Shown: positions 1 through 9,906, counted from the first letter of the stretch. The stretch: 64,000 bases of DNA from Bacteroidaceae bacterium (GCA_963619325.1 CAVEVQ010000007.1:12612-76611), one strand, 5' to 3'. The notes: generated by a model from the sequence alone, not told the origin. A program made the numbers and translations.

Positions 1-1456
1 ACGAACCATTCATCGACAGATTTTGGTAGCAATAATTTTTATAATAAAAGGAATCTACATTTCCCTTTGCAACCAATTTGAAATTCTGGTCTGATATTTT
101 ATCTAAAACTATATCCAAGTTGAAAGCCACATTACCTAAACCCGACTCCTTTCCTAAGAAACGATCCAAATGACAATCCTTCGACTTAATTTGCCCCTTC
201 ACTTCGTACGAGTTTAATTGGATGTCTGGCGCAGTAAACAACACAGACAAATCCAGCTCACCTAAATTGGTTGTGATTGAACCATCAGTCAACATATTCT
301 TCAGGTTGCCATTCAATGATCCACTATAAGCAAACGTACCTATATCGTTGAATCTTTTCGAGAGTTGAACATCTCTTTTTATGGCAATCCAAAGTATATC
401 AGACAGATCAGACGCATTAGAGGAAAGACGTTCAACCATTCCGTCCAACTGAACATTCTGCGCATTAGGCAATAAATCTTTCACATACATATTACCAGAT
501 AAGCAGGTTGCATCGCCATACTTTATCAGCAATTTTCTCACTTGAAACTCTCGTAACAAACCATACGCAGATCCTTGAATCTCAATAGGTGCTGTTATCA
601 TATCTAAAGCAGGACGGAAAACAGAGAAATCAGATGGACGGATATGAGTTTCGCCAAATTCAAATCTTAGCCTCAGTTTGTTAATCGGGTCTTTAAAAGC
701 CGTATAATTATCGTGGTACGCAGTTAATTCTTTCAGTCTCAAGTGACTATTAGGCATTTTGAAAAGAAAATTTTTAACAGACAATGTCTCCTTATTTGCC
801 AAAAGGGAAGTAGTTATCTCATCTACAACCAAACCAGACTTTTCTTTAAAAGATACATCTTCGACAATAATGTTCACAGAGTCTTTAACAAAAGACCTGA
901 AGTAGACAAATCCATTAAAATCGTATATATGCAAGTCATTCGGATTCATTCGTCCAATCCAATTCGACTTTTTTGAATTTTTATATGAAATCTGGCAATT
1001 TTCAAACGCAGCAGACTCTATGTCCATAGACCAAGTTATGCGTACCGTGTCATTGGGGTCCGGCTTAAACGCATCAATGAAAAATCCAAAATTTGAAGTA
1101 TTGGTAGAATCAACGGACAAATTAGCTTCTAATCCAGTGAACTGGATGGTACGAAAAGACACTTGAGAAGAGAACAATTTCAACAAATTTATAGATACCT
1201 TCGTACGACTCATAAAAAGCAATGTGTCACACTGCCTGTCTTCAACATAGACATCCTTTAAAACAAAACTATTCGGAAAATTCCACTCTATCTGATCTAT
1301 TGACACCTTGCTTCCTACCTGTTTTGATAGGCTCTCCGTTACAGCATCAACAACCGAGTGTTGCAATTCTTTATTCTGCAACACAAAAAAACCAATAATT
1401 AGCACCAATGCAATTAATGCAACTATGGAAAGTAATATATAGGTAAATCTCTTAAT
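1..1456 (-). CDS. TamB/AsmA-like translocation-and-assembly-module protein, N-terminal ~485 codons (gene continues past the left edge)
   Basis: My own minus-strand translation is open from ~1456 down to position 2. It is absent from the ORF track because its stop lies outside the window. Sequence: IKRFTYILLSIVALIALVLIIGFFVLQNKELQHSVVDAVTESLSKQVGSKVSIDQIEWNFPNSFVLKDVYVEDRQ... It has one N-terminal TM anchor followed by a long soluble region, and is divergent from tsaD. The family call rests on architecture and recollection. The start codon is unresolved. Confidence 0.55.
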   Translation of the reverse strand, partial: MKRFTYILLSIVALIALVLIIGFFVLQNKELQHSVVDAVTESLSKQVGSKVSIDQIEWNFPNSFVLKDVYVEDRQCDTLLFMSRTKVSINLLKLFSSQVSFRTIQFTGLEANLSVDSTNTSNFGFFIDAFKPDPNDTVRITWSMDIESAAFENCQISYKNSKKSNWIGRMNPNDLHIYDFNGFVYFRSFVKDSVNIIVEDVSFKEKSGLVVDEITTSLLANKETLSVKNFLFKMPNSHLRLKELTAYHDNYTAFKDPINKLRLRFEFGETHIRPSDFSVFRPALDMITAPIEIQGSAYGLLREFQVRKLLIKYGDATCLSGNMYVKDLLPNAQNVQLDGMVERLSSNASDLSDILWIAIKRDVQLSKRFNDIGTFAYSGSLNGNLKNMLTDGSITTNLGELDLSVLFTAPDIQLNSYEVKGQIKSKDCHLDRFLGKESGLGNVAFNLDIVLDKISDQNFKLVAKGNVDSFYYKNYCYQNLSMNGS

Positions 1457-1521
1457 ATCAGTTAATTACAAATTTTTCAAAACTCTGTACGCAAAATTAA
1501 AAAATACTTTACGAGAAAATG

Positions 1522-1529
1522 TACTTTTG
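1522..1529 (+). promoter_or_regulatory. candidate Bacteroidota -7 promoter element (TACTTTTG) for tsaD
   Basis: Exact match to TAnnTTTG, 48-54 nt upstream of the tsaD ATG codons. Motif-only prediction. Confidence 0.35.
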
Positions 1530-1582
1530 TCAAACGTATTTTGTATTTTCGCATATACATTATTAAAGTGTGGTGTATGAGA

Positions 1583-2608
1583 ATGGAAAAGCAAGTTTAT
1601 ATTTTGTCAATAGAATCATCTTGTGACGACACGTCTGCCGCCGTTTTGCGTGATGGTTTCCTTCTATCAAACGTGATTGCGAGCCAAAAAGTGCATGAAG
1701 CGTACGGAGGAGTCGTGCCTGAACTTGCATCTCGCGCTCATCAGCAAAATATAGTACCGACCATTTCGGAAGCCCTCCGGCAATCGGGCGTTTCTAAAGA
1801 AATGATTAGCGCGATTGCTTTTACTCGCGGACCAGGGTTGATGGGTTCTCTATTAGTCGGAACATCGTTCGCCAAAGGGCTTGCCATCTCCTTAAATGTT
1901 CCTTTAATAGAGGTAAACCACTTACAAGCGCATATTCTCGCTCACTTTATCCAAACGGAAGGAGAAGAAAAAAGATTACCCCAATTTCCATTTCTTTGCT
2001 TATTAGTTTCGGGAGGAAACTCTCAAATTGTATTAGTAAAAAGCCATAAAGATATGGAAATCATCGGTCAGACTATTGATGATGCAGCCGGAGAAGCTTT
2101 CGACAAGTGTGCGAAAGTAATGGGGCTGCCATACCCAGGAGGACCAATCATTGATAAGTTGGCAAAATTGGGGAATCCATTGGCTTTTCAACTCCATAAG
2201 CCTCAAATTGGCAACTATGACTATAGTTTTAGTGGTTTAAAGACTTCTTTTTTGTATTTGTTGAGAGATAAATTAAAGGAGAATCCTAATTTTATTGAAG
2301 ATAATAAAGAGGATCTTTGTGCATCCTTACAATATACAGTTGTTGATATTTTGATGTCTAAACTGCGGAAGGCAGTTAAAGACTTAGGAATCAATCGAGT
2401 AGCCGTAGCTGGAGGAGTGTCCGCAAATTCTGCGCTCCGTGCAGCCTTTGAAGACCACGCCAATCGATATAAATGGGATATTTTCATTCCGAAATTTTCC
2501 TATACAACAGACAATGGTGCAATGGTTGCTATTGCAGGCTACTTCAAATACTTGGATGGAGATTTCTGTGATATTTCACTACCTCCATTCTCTCGGGTCG
2601 AGATGTAG
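1583..2608 (+). CDS. tsaD: tRNA N6-adenosine threonylcarbamoyltransferase TsaD
   Basis: ORF 1541..2608 with Kae1/Gcp/TsaD hallmarks (ILSIESSCDDTSAAVL, SRAHQQNI, VSGGNSQ, AGGVSANS). Start set to ATG 1583 (MEKQVYIL); ATG 1577 is also possible. The track start at 1541 is a TTG only 12 nt after the -7 motif. Confidence 0.93.
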   Translation: MEKQVYILSIESSCDDTSAAVLRDGFLLSNVIASQKVHEAYGGVVPELASRAHQQNIVPTISEALRQSGVSKEMISAIAFTRGPGLMGSLLVGTSFAKGLAISLNVPLIEVNHLQAHILAHFIQTEGEEKRLPQFPFLCLLVSGGNSQIVLVKSHKDMEIIGQTIDDAAGEAFDKCAKVMGLPYPGGPIIDKLAKLGNPLAFQLHKPQIGNYDYSFSGLKTSFLYLLRDKLKENPNFIEDNKEDLCASLQYTVVDILMSKLRKAVKDLGINRVAVAGGVSANSALRAAFEDHANRYKWDIFIPKFSYTTDNGAMVAIAGYFKYLDGDFCDISLPPFSRVEM

Positions 2609-2671
2609 AGGAAAACCTCTATTCGACCTTAATGCCATTAAAAAATTAACTGAACATAGAACTTTAAAAAT

Positions 2672-3496
2672 ATGGAAAAGAAAATATTGTCTAAGGCATT
2701 AGGGGTGGTAAGTATATTTCTTGCGATAACCATATCTTCTTGCAAAGAAGAAGAAGAAAAAAAGATAGACTTAGCACAGAATATTCCTGGAACTTGGATT
2801 TCCTTGAAAACCATTGATTACGAACTTCAAGAAGGTTCAAATTGGAAGTATAATGAAAAAAATTCGGAGACGCAAGGAGACTGGTTGGAAGTTCCATACA
2901 CTTTTCGTTTCGACCGTGTTTACTATATTGAATATAAAGAAGAAGATGGACATATCATCAAATATAAGGGAAAATACGAGGTCTCCGGAGACACACTACA
3001 GATAGAAGACCTTGAAAAATTTCCTTTGCACAATGCTTTAGCGACTTTTCATTCTGCAACCAGTCTTAGTTTGGAATATTCCAAAATTGACGAAAATGGG
3101 AAAAACGTGAAAAAAGAAATTCGTTTTGCGAAGACCGCTAATATGAGTCCGGAAAAAGCATTCGAATACGTTGACGCCATACAAGACAAATCATTTCTCT
3201 GCTCTGCTAACGACCGAAGCTACATCAACCATTTTAAGATACAAAATGTAACCGCTAACAGCGTGCAACTTAAAATAGATGGAGAAGAGGGCAATATTGT
3301 AGTTTTAACAAAAGCAGCGCCTGTTCTGGTACAAAACACAAATGGTTATTTTGCAGTGTCAGAAGACTACGAAAGTGAATATGCATACACGGCTGTTCTC
3401 TATTTTGACCAAAGTAGTATGAAAATTAGAACTATCTCATACCTGCCAAGTATACAAAACGGTATTGGCGAAACTTTATTTTGGATGGACGAATAA
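2672..3496 (+). CDS. hypothetical lipoprotein
   Basis: 274-aa ORF with a signal peptide and lipobox (LAITISSC). No family recognised. Confidence 0.7.
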   Translation: MEKKILSKALGVVSIFLAITISSCKEEEEKKIDLAQNIPGTWISLKTIDYELQEGSNWKYNEKNSETQGDWLEVPYTFRFDRVYYIEYKEEDGHIIKYKGKYEVSGDTLQIEDLEKFPLHNALATFHSATSLSLEYSKIDENGKNVKKEIRFAKTANMSPEKAFEYVDAIQDKSFLCSANDRSYINHFKIQNVTANSVQLKIDGEEGNIVVLTKAAPVLVQNTNGYFAVSEDYESEYAYTAVLYFDQSSMKIRTISYLPSIQNGIGETLFWMDE

Positions 3497-3530
3497 AAAT
3501 GATTTGTCAACCTGAGAATATTATATAAAA

Positions 3531-3578
3531 AAAGGAAAAAGCGAGGCGTTATTGATAGAATCAAAACGCCTCGCTTTT
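3531..3578. terminator. bidirectional rho-independent terminator between convergent lipoprotein gene and panB
   Basis: Stem gcgaggcgtt (3541-3550) pairs with aacgcctcgc (3565-3574). An A-run lies upstream and a T-run downstream, so either strand reads hairpin plus U-tract. Confidence 0.7.
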
Positions 3579-3610
3579 ACGATATAAAGTTCTTTACTTT
3601 TATCAATAGA

Positions 3611-4438
3611 TTAATATTGTTCGTCCTTATTAGGAAAATCTAAGGATTTCACATCCGATATGTATTTCTTTACTGCTTTTGTTATCTCATCATATAGATT
3701 AGCGTAAACACGTGCAAATTTCGGATGAAAACCATCAAAAAGCCCCAACATATCATGCATAACGAGAACTTGCCCATCTACTTTCTCTCCAGCACCAATA
3801 CCAATCACGGGGATGGTAAGCATTTGTGCAACTTTCTCCGCCAATAAAGCAGGAATCTTTTCTAATACAATAGCATAACATCCTGCTTTCTCCAACAATT
3901 TCGCATCATTTAACAACTTTTCTGCCTCAGCATCTCCCGACGCACGCAATTTATAAGATCCATATTTGTTAATGGATTGTGGCATTAGTCCTAAGTGGCC
4001 CATAACCGGCACTCCTGCATCAATAATTCGCTTAATAGTTGGCAACATCTCTTCTCCACCTTCCAATTTAACAGACCCTGCTCCAGTTTCTTTCATAATT
4101 CTAACAGCAGAACGTATACCATCCTCAGGACTAACTTGATAAGAACCAAAGGGCATATCCACAACGACATGCGCACGCTGCGCCGCACGAACAACACACT
4201 GAGCATGATAAATAATCTGATCAATCGTCAACAACAACGTAGTTGGATTGCCAGCCATCACATTTGACGCTGAATCACCCACCAAAATAACGTCCATTCC
4301 AGCTCTATCAATAATCGTCGCCATAGAATAATCGTATGCTGTCAACATTGATATTTTCTCTCCATCATTCTTCATCTTTTGAAGAACACTTGTCGTCACT
4401 TTCTTATAGACTTTCTTTTCCTCTTCAAGATATGCCAT
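3611..4438 (-). CDS. panB: 3-methyl-2-oxobutanoate hydroxymethyltransferase (ketopantoate hydroxymethyltransferase)
   Basis: 275 aa. PanB-type N-terminus and core ([38 protein letters not shown]). Confidence 0.93.
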   Translation of the reverse strand: MAYLEEEKKVYKKVTTSVLQKMKNDGEKISMLTAYDYSMATIIDRAGMDVILVGDSASNVMAGNPTTLLLTIDQIIYHAQCVVRAAQRAHVVVDMPFGSYQVSPEDGIRSAVRIMKETGAGSVKLEGGEEMLPTIKRIIDAGVPVMGHLGLMPQSINKYGSYKLRASGDAEAEKLLNDAKLLEKAGCYAIVLEKIPALLAEKVAQMLTIPVIGIGAGEKVDGQVLVMHDMLGLFDGFHPKFARVYANLYDEITKAVKKYISDVKSLDFPNKDEQY

Positions 4439-4464
4439 TTTCCTATTCTATTTATAACAGATTC

Positions 4465-5022
4465 TTACCTTAATTTTCTCTTTACCACCGCAGGACAACC
4501 TGCAGCCAACACATCAGATGGCAGGTCTTTTGTAACGACTGCACCTGCAGCCACTACCGTGCGATCTCCAATCGTAACACCTGGACAAATCGTGACACCT
4601 GCTGCAATCCAACAATCCTCTCCGATAGTAATCGGGAAACTTGTTTCTACTGGCAATCTACGCTGCTCATAGTCAATAGGATGATTAGGTGTCACCAACT
4701 GACAATTAGGACCAATCTTAGTATGATTACCAATCGTTACCGACGCACTATCTAATATCGTTGCATTGTAGTTGATAAAAACATGCTCTCCTAATTTTAT
4801 CTGGTGTCCATGATCGCAGTGAAATGGAGGATTCACAACCGTCGACTTTGGTATTCCAGGAATCAACTCCTCTATAACAGCACGATACCCTTCACTATGC
4901 GAAGTCATCGTTTGCAACTTAACACAAAGACAATTCGCATGTTGGATGCTTTCGTCAATTTCTTTATCAGAGAAATCATAAAGTTGCTGGGATCGCATTT
5001 TATCAATCTCTTTCATCTTCAA
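4465..5022 (-). CDS. sugar O-acetyltransferase, Maa/LacA hexapeptide-repeat family
   Basis: 185 aa. Mac-type N-terminal region followed by left-handed beta-helix hexapeptide repeats (ITIGEDCWIAAGVTICPGVTIGDRTVVAAGAVV). Confidence 0.85.
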   Translation of the reverse strand: MKMKEIDKMRSQQLYDFSDKEIDESIQHANCLCVKLQTMTSHSEGYRAVIEELIPGIPKSTVVNPPFHCDHGHQIKLGEHVFINYNATILDSASVTIGNHTKIGPNCQLVTPNHPIDYEQRRLPVETSFPITIGEDCWIAAGVTICPGVTIGDRTVVAAGAVVTKDLPSDVLAAGCPAVVKRKLR

Positions 5023-5032
5023 CTATCTTTAA

Positions 5033-5809
5033 TTAGTATAATTTGTGAATCAACCGATAAGCAATTGACCCTGGAGTTGGCGTCGCAGGACAAGCTTTAC
5101 GATCAAACCAGTCGGCATCCGCAATCTCATCTTCTTGCTTTCTTACCTCTCCACTCTCATACTCTGCTGTAAACCCAAGCATCAGCTGATCTGGGAAAGG
5201 CCAACTCTGACTTCCTCTATATGTTATATTTTTCACACGAATTCCCGTCTCTTCATAAACCTCACGATAAACAGTCTGCTCAGCGGTCTCTCCTGCTTCC
5301 ATGAATCCCGCTAAGCAAGAATAGACATCTTGGTTTCTCTGTACATGACGAGCCAAAAGAACTTTATCACCACGATTCACAAGAACGATAATGCAGGGTT
5401 CTATACGAGGGAAAAAATTCTTATTACAAGAAGGACAGAATCGAGCGGTCAAAGTTTCACTATCCGTCAACATACCACCACAACAATGACAATAACGCCA
5501 TGATTTCCTCCAATCGGACAAAGCTTTTACACGAGCCAAATGGAAGCATGAATCCACATCATTCTCTGCAAAATAAGAACGTATAGGCTCTACCATATAC
5601 CCATTAGGAAGAGCTTCCTTTGAACTCAGACTCAAACCGCAAATGCCTGCCGTCTTCTCTTCAAAAAAATCCGCTTCCGAATCTGCTTCTTTCAAAATCT
5701 TTAAATCATTAAAAGACAAAGGTTTTCCAGAATCAGAACACACATAATCTCTACCAACTACTGCGAAACAAACGCATTCAGTATCTATAGGATCCGTAAC
5801 AAGTGCCAT
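5033..5809 (-). CDS. nudC: NAD(+) diphosphatase NudC (Nudix hydrolase with zinc ribbon)
   Basis: Four-Cys zinc ribbon (CHCCGGML...FCPSC) immediately before a Nudix box (GFMEAGETAEQTVYREVYEETGI). Confidence 0.85.
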   Translation of the reverse strand: MALVTDPIDTECVCFAVVGRDYVCSDSGKPLSFNDLKILKEADSEADFFEEKTAGICGLSLSSKEALPNGYMVEPIRSYFAENDVDSCFHLARVKALSDWRKSWRYCHCCGGMLTDSETLTARFCPSCNKNFFPRIEPCIIVLVNRGDKVLLARHVQRNQDVYSCLAGFMEAGETAEQTVYREVYEETGIRVKNITYRGSQSWPFPDQLMLGFTAEYESGEVRKQEDEIADADWFDRKACPATPTPGSIAYRLIHKLY

Positions 5810-5831
5810 ACTTTTTCATTTTATTTTTTTT

Positions 5832-7460
5832 TTACTCTCTTTTTCTATGTAGAGCATTATCATAACTTGTCTTAGACAGAAGCAACTCTACCGCTTTTGT
5901 ATAGATATCATTCTCCGTATTCATAATCTGGTAATACTCATTTGAACTCCAAATGTCTCTCGCTATATTCGCCTTTACCTGCTTTCTAATCAAATTCTTA
6001 CTCTGATTAAACTGCAAAGTATCAAACTTAACATTCTCTTTCTCTCCATTTTTTACGATATCATACAAATCTTCATCCGTCAAGAAAAATGTATTATTGT
6101 ATTTTTCAAAAGACTCCTTCTTTTTCTCATCTGATAACTTTTGAGTTGGATACAAAGCCTCTAAATCTTTCCTGTTTTTCTCAAGATAGTCAAGAATAAA
6201 ACGATTAATCACACCTTTTGCAACTAAATCTCTATGGTATTTCGTATACTTTGTAGTGTCTAACGGAACAAAAAGGTCTGGCATAATACCACCACCTCCA
6301 TAAATCGGACGTTTCAGTTCAAGCGTATAATATTTAAGCGAATCAGGGAAAGATATACTGTCCTCATGCATCAGCTCGCCATGGTTATAGCGTTCTATCA
6401 GATCATTACGATAGTTCTTTATATTCTCTTTATACGGACGTTGAATACAACGACCTGAAGGAGTGTAATAACGAGCCGTTGTCAAACGAATCTGAGAACC
6501 ATCTGGCAGATCCATCATCTTCTGTACCAAACCCTTTCCAAATGTACGTCTTCCCACTACAACTCCTCTATCCCAATCTTGGATTGCACCAGAAACGATT
6601 TCACTCGCAGATGCCGACCCCTCATCAACTAGAACAACCACCTTTCCGTCAAAAACTTTATTTTTACCAGACGCAGAATAATTTTCGCGAGGCTGAGCAT
6701 TTCCCTCTTGATACACTATTAATTTCCCGTCTTTCAAGAAATTATCAACAATACCAATCGCAGCAGACATATACCCTCCGCCATTATCCTGCAAGTCTAT
6801 AATCAAATTTTGCATCTTCTGCTTCTTCAACTTTCCGAGAGCATCATCAAACTCCTTCAAAGTAGTACTTGAGAAACGATCTATCTTGATATACCCTGTG
6901 TTCTTGTTGACCATATAAGAGGCATCTACACTATACAGAGGAATTTTATCACGCGTAATACGAAACTCTATCAAATCAGACACTCCACGACGTAAAACTT
7001 TCAGAGAAACAATGGAACCTTTCGGTCCTCTGATACGCTTTTGAATGTCTATATTTTGCATTTTCACACCTGCAATCGTCGTGTCGTCAACATAGATAAT
7101 ACGGTCTCCCGCCATAATACCTACCTTTTCCGACGGACCACCAGAGATAGTCTGAACCACTAACAATGTATCTTCCACCATTTGAAAAACAACTCCGATT
7201 CCATCAAAGCTACCCTCAAGCGGCTCACTTTCTCTTTTCAAATTCTCTTTTGATATATATGAAGAGTGGGGATCTAAATTAGAGAGCATTCCCTTTATAG
7301 CACACTCAGCCAATTCTCCCGTATCTGTAGAATCTACATAATAGTGTTTAATCAGATAAGTGACAAAACCCAACTTCTGTATATTCTCATCCGAAAACTG
7401 AGCAAAGCACAACAATGGCATAATCAAAGACAACCCCAAAACACTCGAACGTTTCACCAT
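5832..7460 (-). CDS. S41 family C-terminal processing (tail-specific) peptidase
   Basis: 542 aa with a signal peptide, a PDZ-like region and the S41 core (LVDEGSASASEIVSGA ... RRTFGKGLVQ). Confidence 0.9.
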   Translation of the reverse strand: MVKRSSVLGLSLIMPLLCFAQFSDENIQKLGFVTYLIKHYYVDSTDTGELAECAIKGMLSNLDPHSSYISKENLKRESEPLEGSFDGIGVVFQMVEDTLLVVQTISGGPSEKVGIMAGDRIIYVDDTTIAGVKMQNIDIQKRIRGPKGSIVSLKVLRRGVSDLIEFRITRDKIPLYSVDASYMVNKNTGYIKIDRFSSTTLKEFDDALGKLKKQKMQNLIIDLQDNGGGYMSAAIGIVDNFLKDGKLIVYQEGNAQPRENYSASGKNKVFDGKVVVLVDEGSASASEIVSGAIQDWDRGVVVGRRTFGKGLVQKMMDLPDGSQIRLTTARYYTPSGRCIQRPYKENIKNYRNDLIERYNHGELMHEDSISFPDSLKYYTLELKRPIYGGGGIMPDLFVPLDTTKYTKYHRDLVAKGVINRFILDYLEKNRKDLEALYPTQKLSDEKKKESFEKYNNTFFLTDEDLYDIVKNGEKENVKFDTLQFNQSKNLIRKQVKANIARDIWSSNEYYQIMNTENDIYTKAVELLLSKTSYDNALHRKRE

Positions 7461-7562
7461 ACTTCTTTATTTAAATTATGCGCAAAAATAAAAATTATTG
7501 GTGGAAACAGATTGTTTTGAAACACAAAAAGGGAAAAGCATTTTATTATTCTTAAACTAAGC

Positions 7563-7593
7563 AAAAAAAGCAGCCTCCTAATAAGGAGGCTGC
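7563..7593 (-). terminator. rho-independent terminator of asnA
   Basis: 9-bp GC-rich stem gcagcctcc / ggaggctgc (7570-7578 / 7585-7593). On the minus strand it is followed by a 7-nt U-run (7563-7569). Confidence 0.75.
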
Positions 7594-7616
7594 TTCATTT
7601 ATCATTTTTCCTAAAA

Positions 7617-8654
7617 TCAAATCAAAGGAATGTTATTCTCAGCACAGGTCTTACGCATGTCTTCAGGCCAAATGCTAGCTTGAATTTCTCCGACATGAGC
7701 TTTTCTCAAGAAAAACATACACAAACGGGATTGTCCGATTCCACCACCTATCGACAACGGCAAGGAACCCTCCAAAAGACGCTTGTGGAAATAAAGATTC
7801 TTTCGATCCTCACAACCACACATCTCCAACTGACGAAGCAAAGCAGTCTTATCAACACGGATTCCCATTGAGGATAATTCCATTCCTTGTTGCAAAACTT
7901 CATTCCAAACGAAGATGTCTCCGTTCAGTCCAGGAAGACCGTTCACGCCAGGAGTCGTCCAATCATCATAGTCAGGAGCGCGACCATCGTGCTTCTTTCC
8001 ATCTCCTAAAGGCGCACCTACACCAATAATAAAGACGGCACCATACTTCTTTGCAATTTCATTCTCTCTCTCCTTCGGAGTCAAGTCTGGATACAACTGT
8101 CTCAACTCTTCTGAGTGTATAAAATGAATCTCCTTAGGCAACATAGGTTTAATCTGAGGGTAAGACTCATAAACGACATACTCAGTAGCCACCATAACAG
8201 CATAGATACGAGAAACAACATCCTTCAAGAAATCTATCGTACGATCCGCCGCAGTTATAGTTCGCTCCCAGTCCCATTGATCAACATAGAGAGAGTGTAA
8301 ATTTCCTAAATCCTCATCAGAACGGATGGCGTTCATATCCGTATACAAACCAAAACCAGGCTCAATATTATATTCTGCGAGCATCAAACGCTTCCACTTA
8401 GCGAGAGAGTGAACCACCTCCGCTTTTTGATCGCCTAAATCCTTGATTGGGAAAGTAACCGCACGCTCAACACCATTCAAGTCATCATTTATTCCTTGAC
8501 CCTTCAGTACGAACAATGGCGCAGTAACACGGCGCAATCTTAACTCGGCCGACAAACTTCCTTGGAAAAAGTCCTTTACTTTCTTAATTCCAAGTTCTGT
8601 CTCACGGGCATCCAGCAACGGCTTGTACCCTTTTGGAATCTTTAAATAACTCAT
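7617..8654 (-). CDS. asnA: aspartate--ammonia ligase (asparagine synthetase A)
   Basis: 345 aa. AsnA-type sequence throughout (LDARETELGIKKVKDFF, VDQWDWE, GGGIGQSRLCMF). Confidence 0.93.
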   Translation of the reverse strand: MSYLKIPKGYKPLLDARETELGIKKVKDFFQGSLSAELRLRRVTAPLFVLKGQGINDDLNGVERAVTFPIKDLGDQKAEVVHSLAKWKRLMLAEYNIEPGFGLYTDMNAIRSDEDLGNLHSLYVDQWDWERTITAADRTIDFLKDVVSRIYAVMVATEYVVYESYPQIKPMLPKEIHFIHSEELRQLYPDLTPKERENEIAKKYGAVFIIGVGAPLGDGKKHDGRAPDYDDWTTPGVNGLPGLNGDIFVWNEVLQQGMELSSMGIRVDKTALLRQLEMCGCEDRKNLYFHKRLLEGSLPLSIGGGIGQSRLCMFFLRKAHVGEIQASIWPEDMRKTCAENNIPLI

Positions 8655-8749
8655 AATCGTCGTTTTTATATCGTTTATTTTTCGTCTTTTATTTTTTTCT
8701 TGTTAGCAAATCAAAATAAAGCCCAACACCTTCTTTTAATTTACTTTCG

Positions 8750-8757
8750 CAAAGATA
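8750..8757 (-). promoter_or_regulatory. candidate -7 promoter element (TATCTTTG on minus strand) for asnA
   Basis: Plus-strand caaagata is TAnnTTTG on the minus strand, ~96 nt upstream of the asnA ATG. Motif-only prediction. Confidence 0.3.
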
Positions 8758-9055
8758 GGTTTTTTATTTATCCAAATAACATTTTGACATTATTTTTTTC
8801 AATTCTCAAACAAAAAGTTTTCTTTATCATTAAAAACATAAAACAACTGAAAGAAATCTGACAATTTCAAATGTTTTTTCCCTTTAATCGCTCAATTTTT
8901 TGTCAGTTTGACTTACATATCGTCTACAATGTGTCAAATCATCAAATTCTTAATAATCTTAAAAAACTTGCTTCTTTGACAGAAAACTAATTACTTTGCA
9001 AAAGTTTTCACGGAATATAGTCAACATTGCAGTGAAAATATTCCTAAATGAAAAA

Positions 9056-9109
9056 GGAAATTTAGAAATAAAGATATAACAAGGAAATTTAGAAATAAAG
9101 ATATAACAA
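9056..9109. repeat. perfect 27-bp tandem duplication (2 copies plus a 6-nt third start) abutting the start codon of the downstream OMP gene
   Basis: ggaaatttagaaataaagatataacaa occurs at 9056-9082 and again at 9083-9109. ggaaat then restarts at 9110 and runs into the ATG at 9114. Confidence 0.95.
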
Positions 9110-9113
9110 GGAA

Positions 9114-9857
9114 ATGATGAAAAAATTTTTCTTAGCAGTAGCGATTCTTGCAGCGAGTGTATCTTCAAGTTTTGCTGAGAGTTTTGAAAACTCTTTTGGT
9201 GTGAGAATCTTTGGAGGTTTCGGAAGCAGTTATTCTTCCATAGTTAACACAGATGGCAAAGACCTATTTAAGATGGATTCTAAGCCACAAATCGGACTTT
9301 CATTGGATAGTCGTTGGTATGTCGCCAAAGGCAATGTGTTGGGACTTGCCATCAATGCCCGTTGGTTGGATTTTTCATTCAACAAATCCAAACTTGATAA
9401 AATTGAACTTGGAGCTTTTTCTAACAGACTCGAAGGTCTAAATATTTCTACGAATGATATGCTATCATACAATGACGTTAACGAGTTTAGCATAGAAGCC
9501 CTCAACGCTGGATTGATTGGAACAATAGCATTCAACGACCATTGGGCAATAGACGTTTACTACAATCTCGGTGCCAGCGCCCTTATCCAAGTGTTTGATG
9601 ATGAAGATAACGACGACGAGTTTGACGACGATGACGATGATGATGACAAAGATTACTATTCCTTTGGTTTAAACCACAAGATTGGCGCATCTCTTCACGT
9701 CGGATTCTTCCAAGTAGGTTGTGAAGCCAAGTTAGGAAGACTAAGCTTGCAAGATTGGGGATTGGACGACGTCGAAAAGGCCACCATCAAAGACGTAATG
9801 AAAGCAGACAAGACCAAAGTGGGTTGCGCAAGAATATTTGTCGGATTCTTATTTTAA
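9114..9857 (+). CDS. outer-membrane beta-barrel protein with poly-Asp loop
   Basis: Signal peptide MMKKFFLAVAILAASVSSSFA. Alternating beta-strand pattern with a C-terminal aromatic end (RIFVGFLF). Acidic insert DDEDNDDEFDDDDDDDDKD. Confidence 0.7.
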   Translation: MMKKFFLAVAILAASVSSSFAESFENSFGVRIFGGFGSSYSSIVNTDGKDLFKMDSKPQIGLSLDSRWYVAKGNVLGLAINARWLDFSFNKSKLDKIELGAFSNRLEGLNISTNDMLSYNDVNEFSIEALNAGLIGTIAFNDHWAIDVYYNLGASALIQVFDDEDNDDEFDDDDDDDDKDYYSFGLNHKIGASLHVGFFQVGCEAKLGRLSLQDWGLDDVEKATIKDVMKADKTKVGCARIFVGFLF

Positions 9858-9906
9858 GCAAGAGGAACTGTCTAAGTTCTACATAAATTGACACGAAAAC
9901 GGATAG

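Noticed and set aside
8858-8906. CTGACAA ... TTGTCAG inverted repeat (35-nt spacer) in the asnA/OMP intergenic region as a structured RNA or operator related to the clpB motif
   Set aside because: The arms are only 7 bp and widely spaced in a 460-bp AT-rich region. The resemblance to the clpB-upstream motif is limited to TGACAA.
9056-9116. Possible CRISPR-like repeat
   Set aside because: There are only two directly abutting identical 27-bp copies with no spacers, and no cas genes anywhere in the window. It is a simple tandem duplication.
8959-9168. 69-aa minus-strand ORF in the asnA/OMP intergenic region
   Set aside because: Its sequence (FPCYIFISKFPCYIFISK) is just the translation of the tandem repeat. 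It overlaps the OMP start and has no supporting signals.
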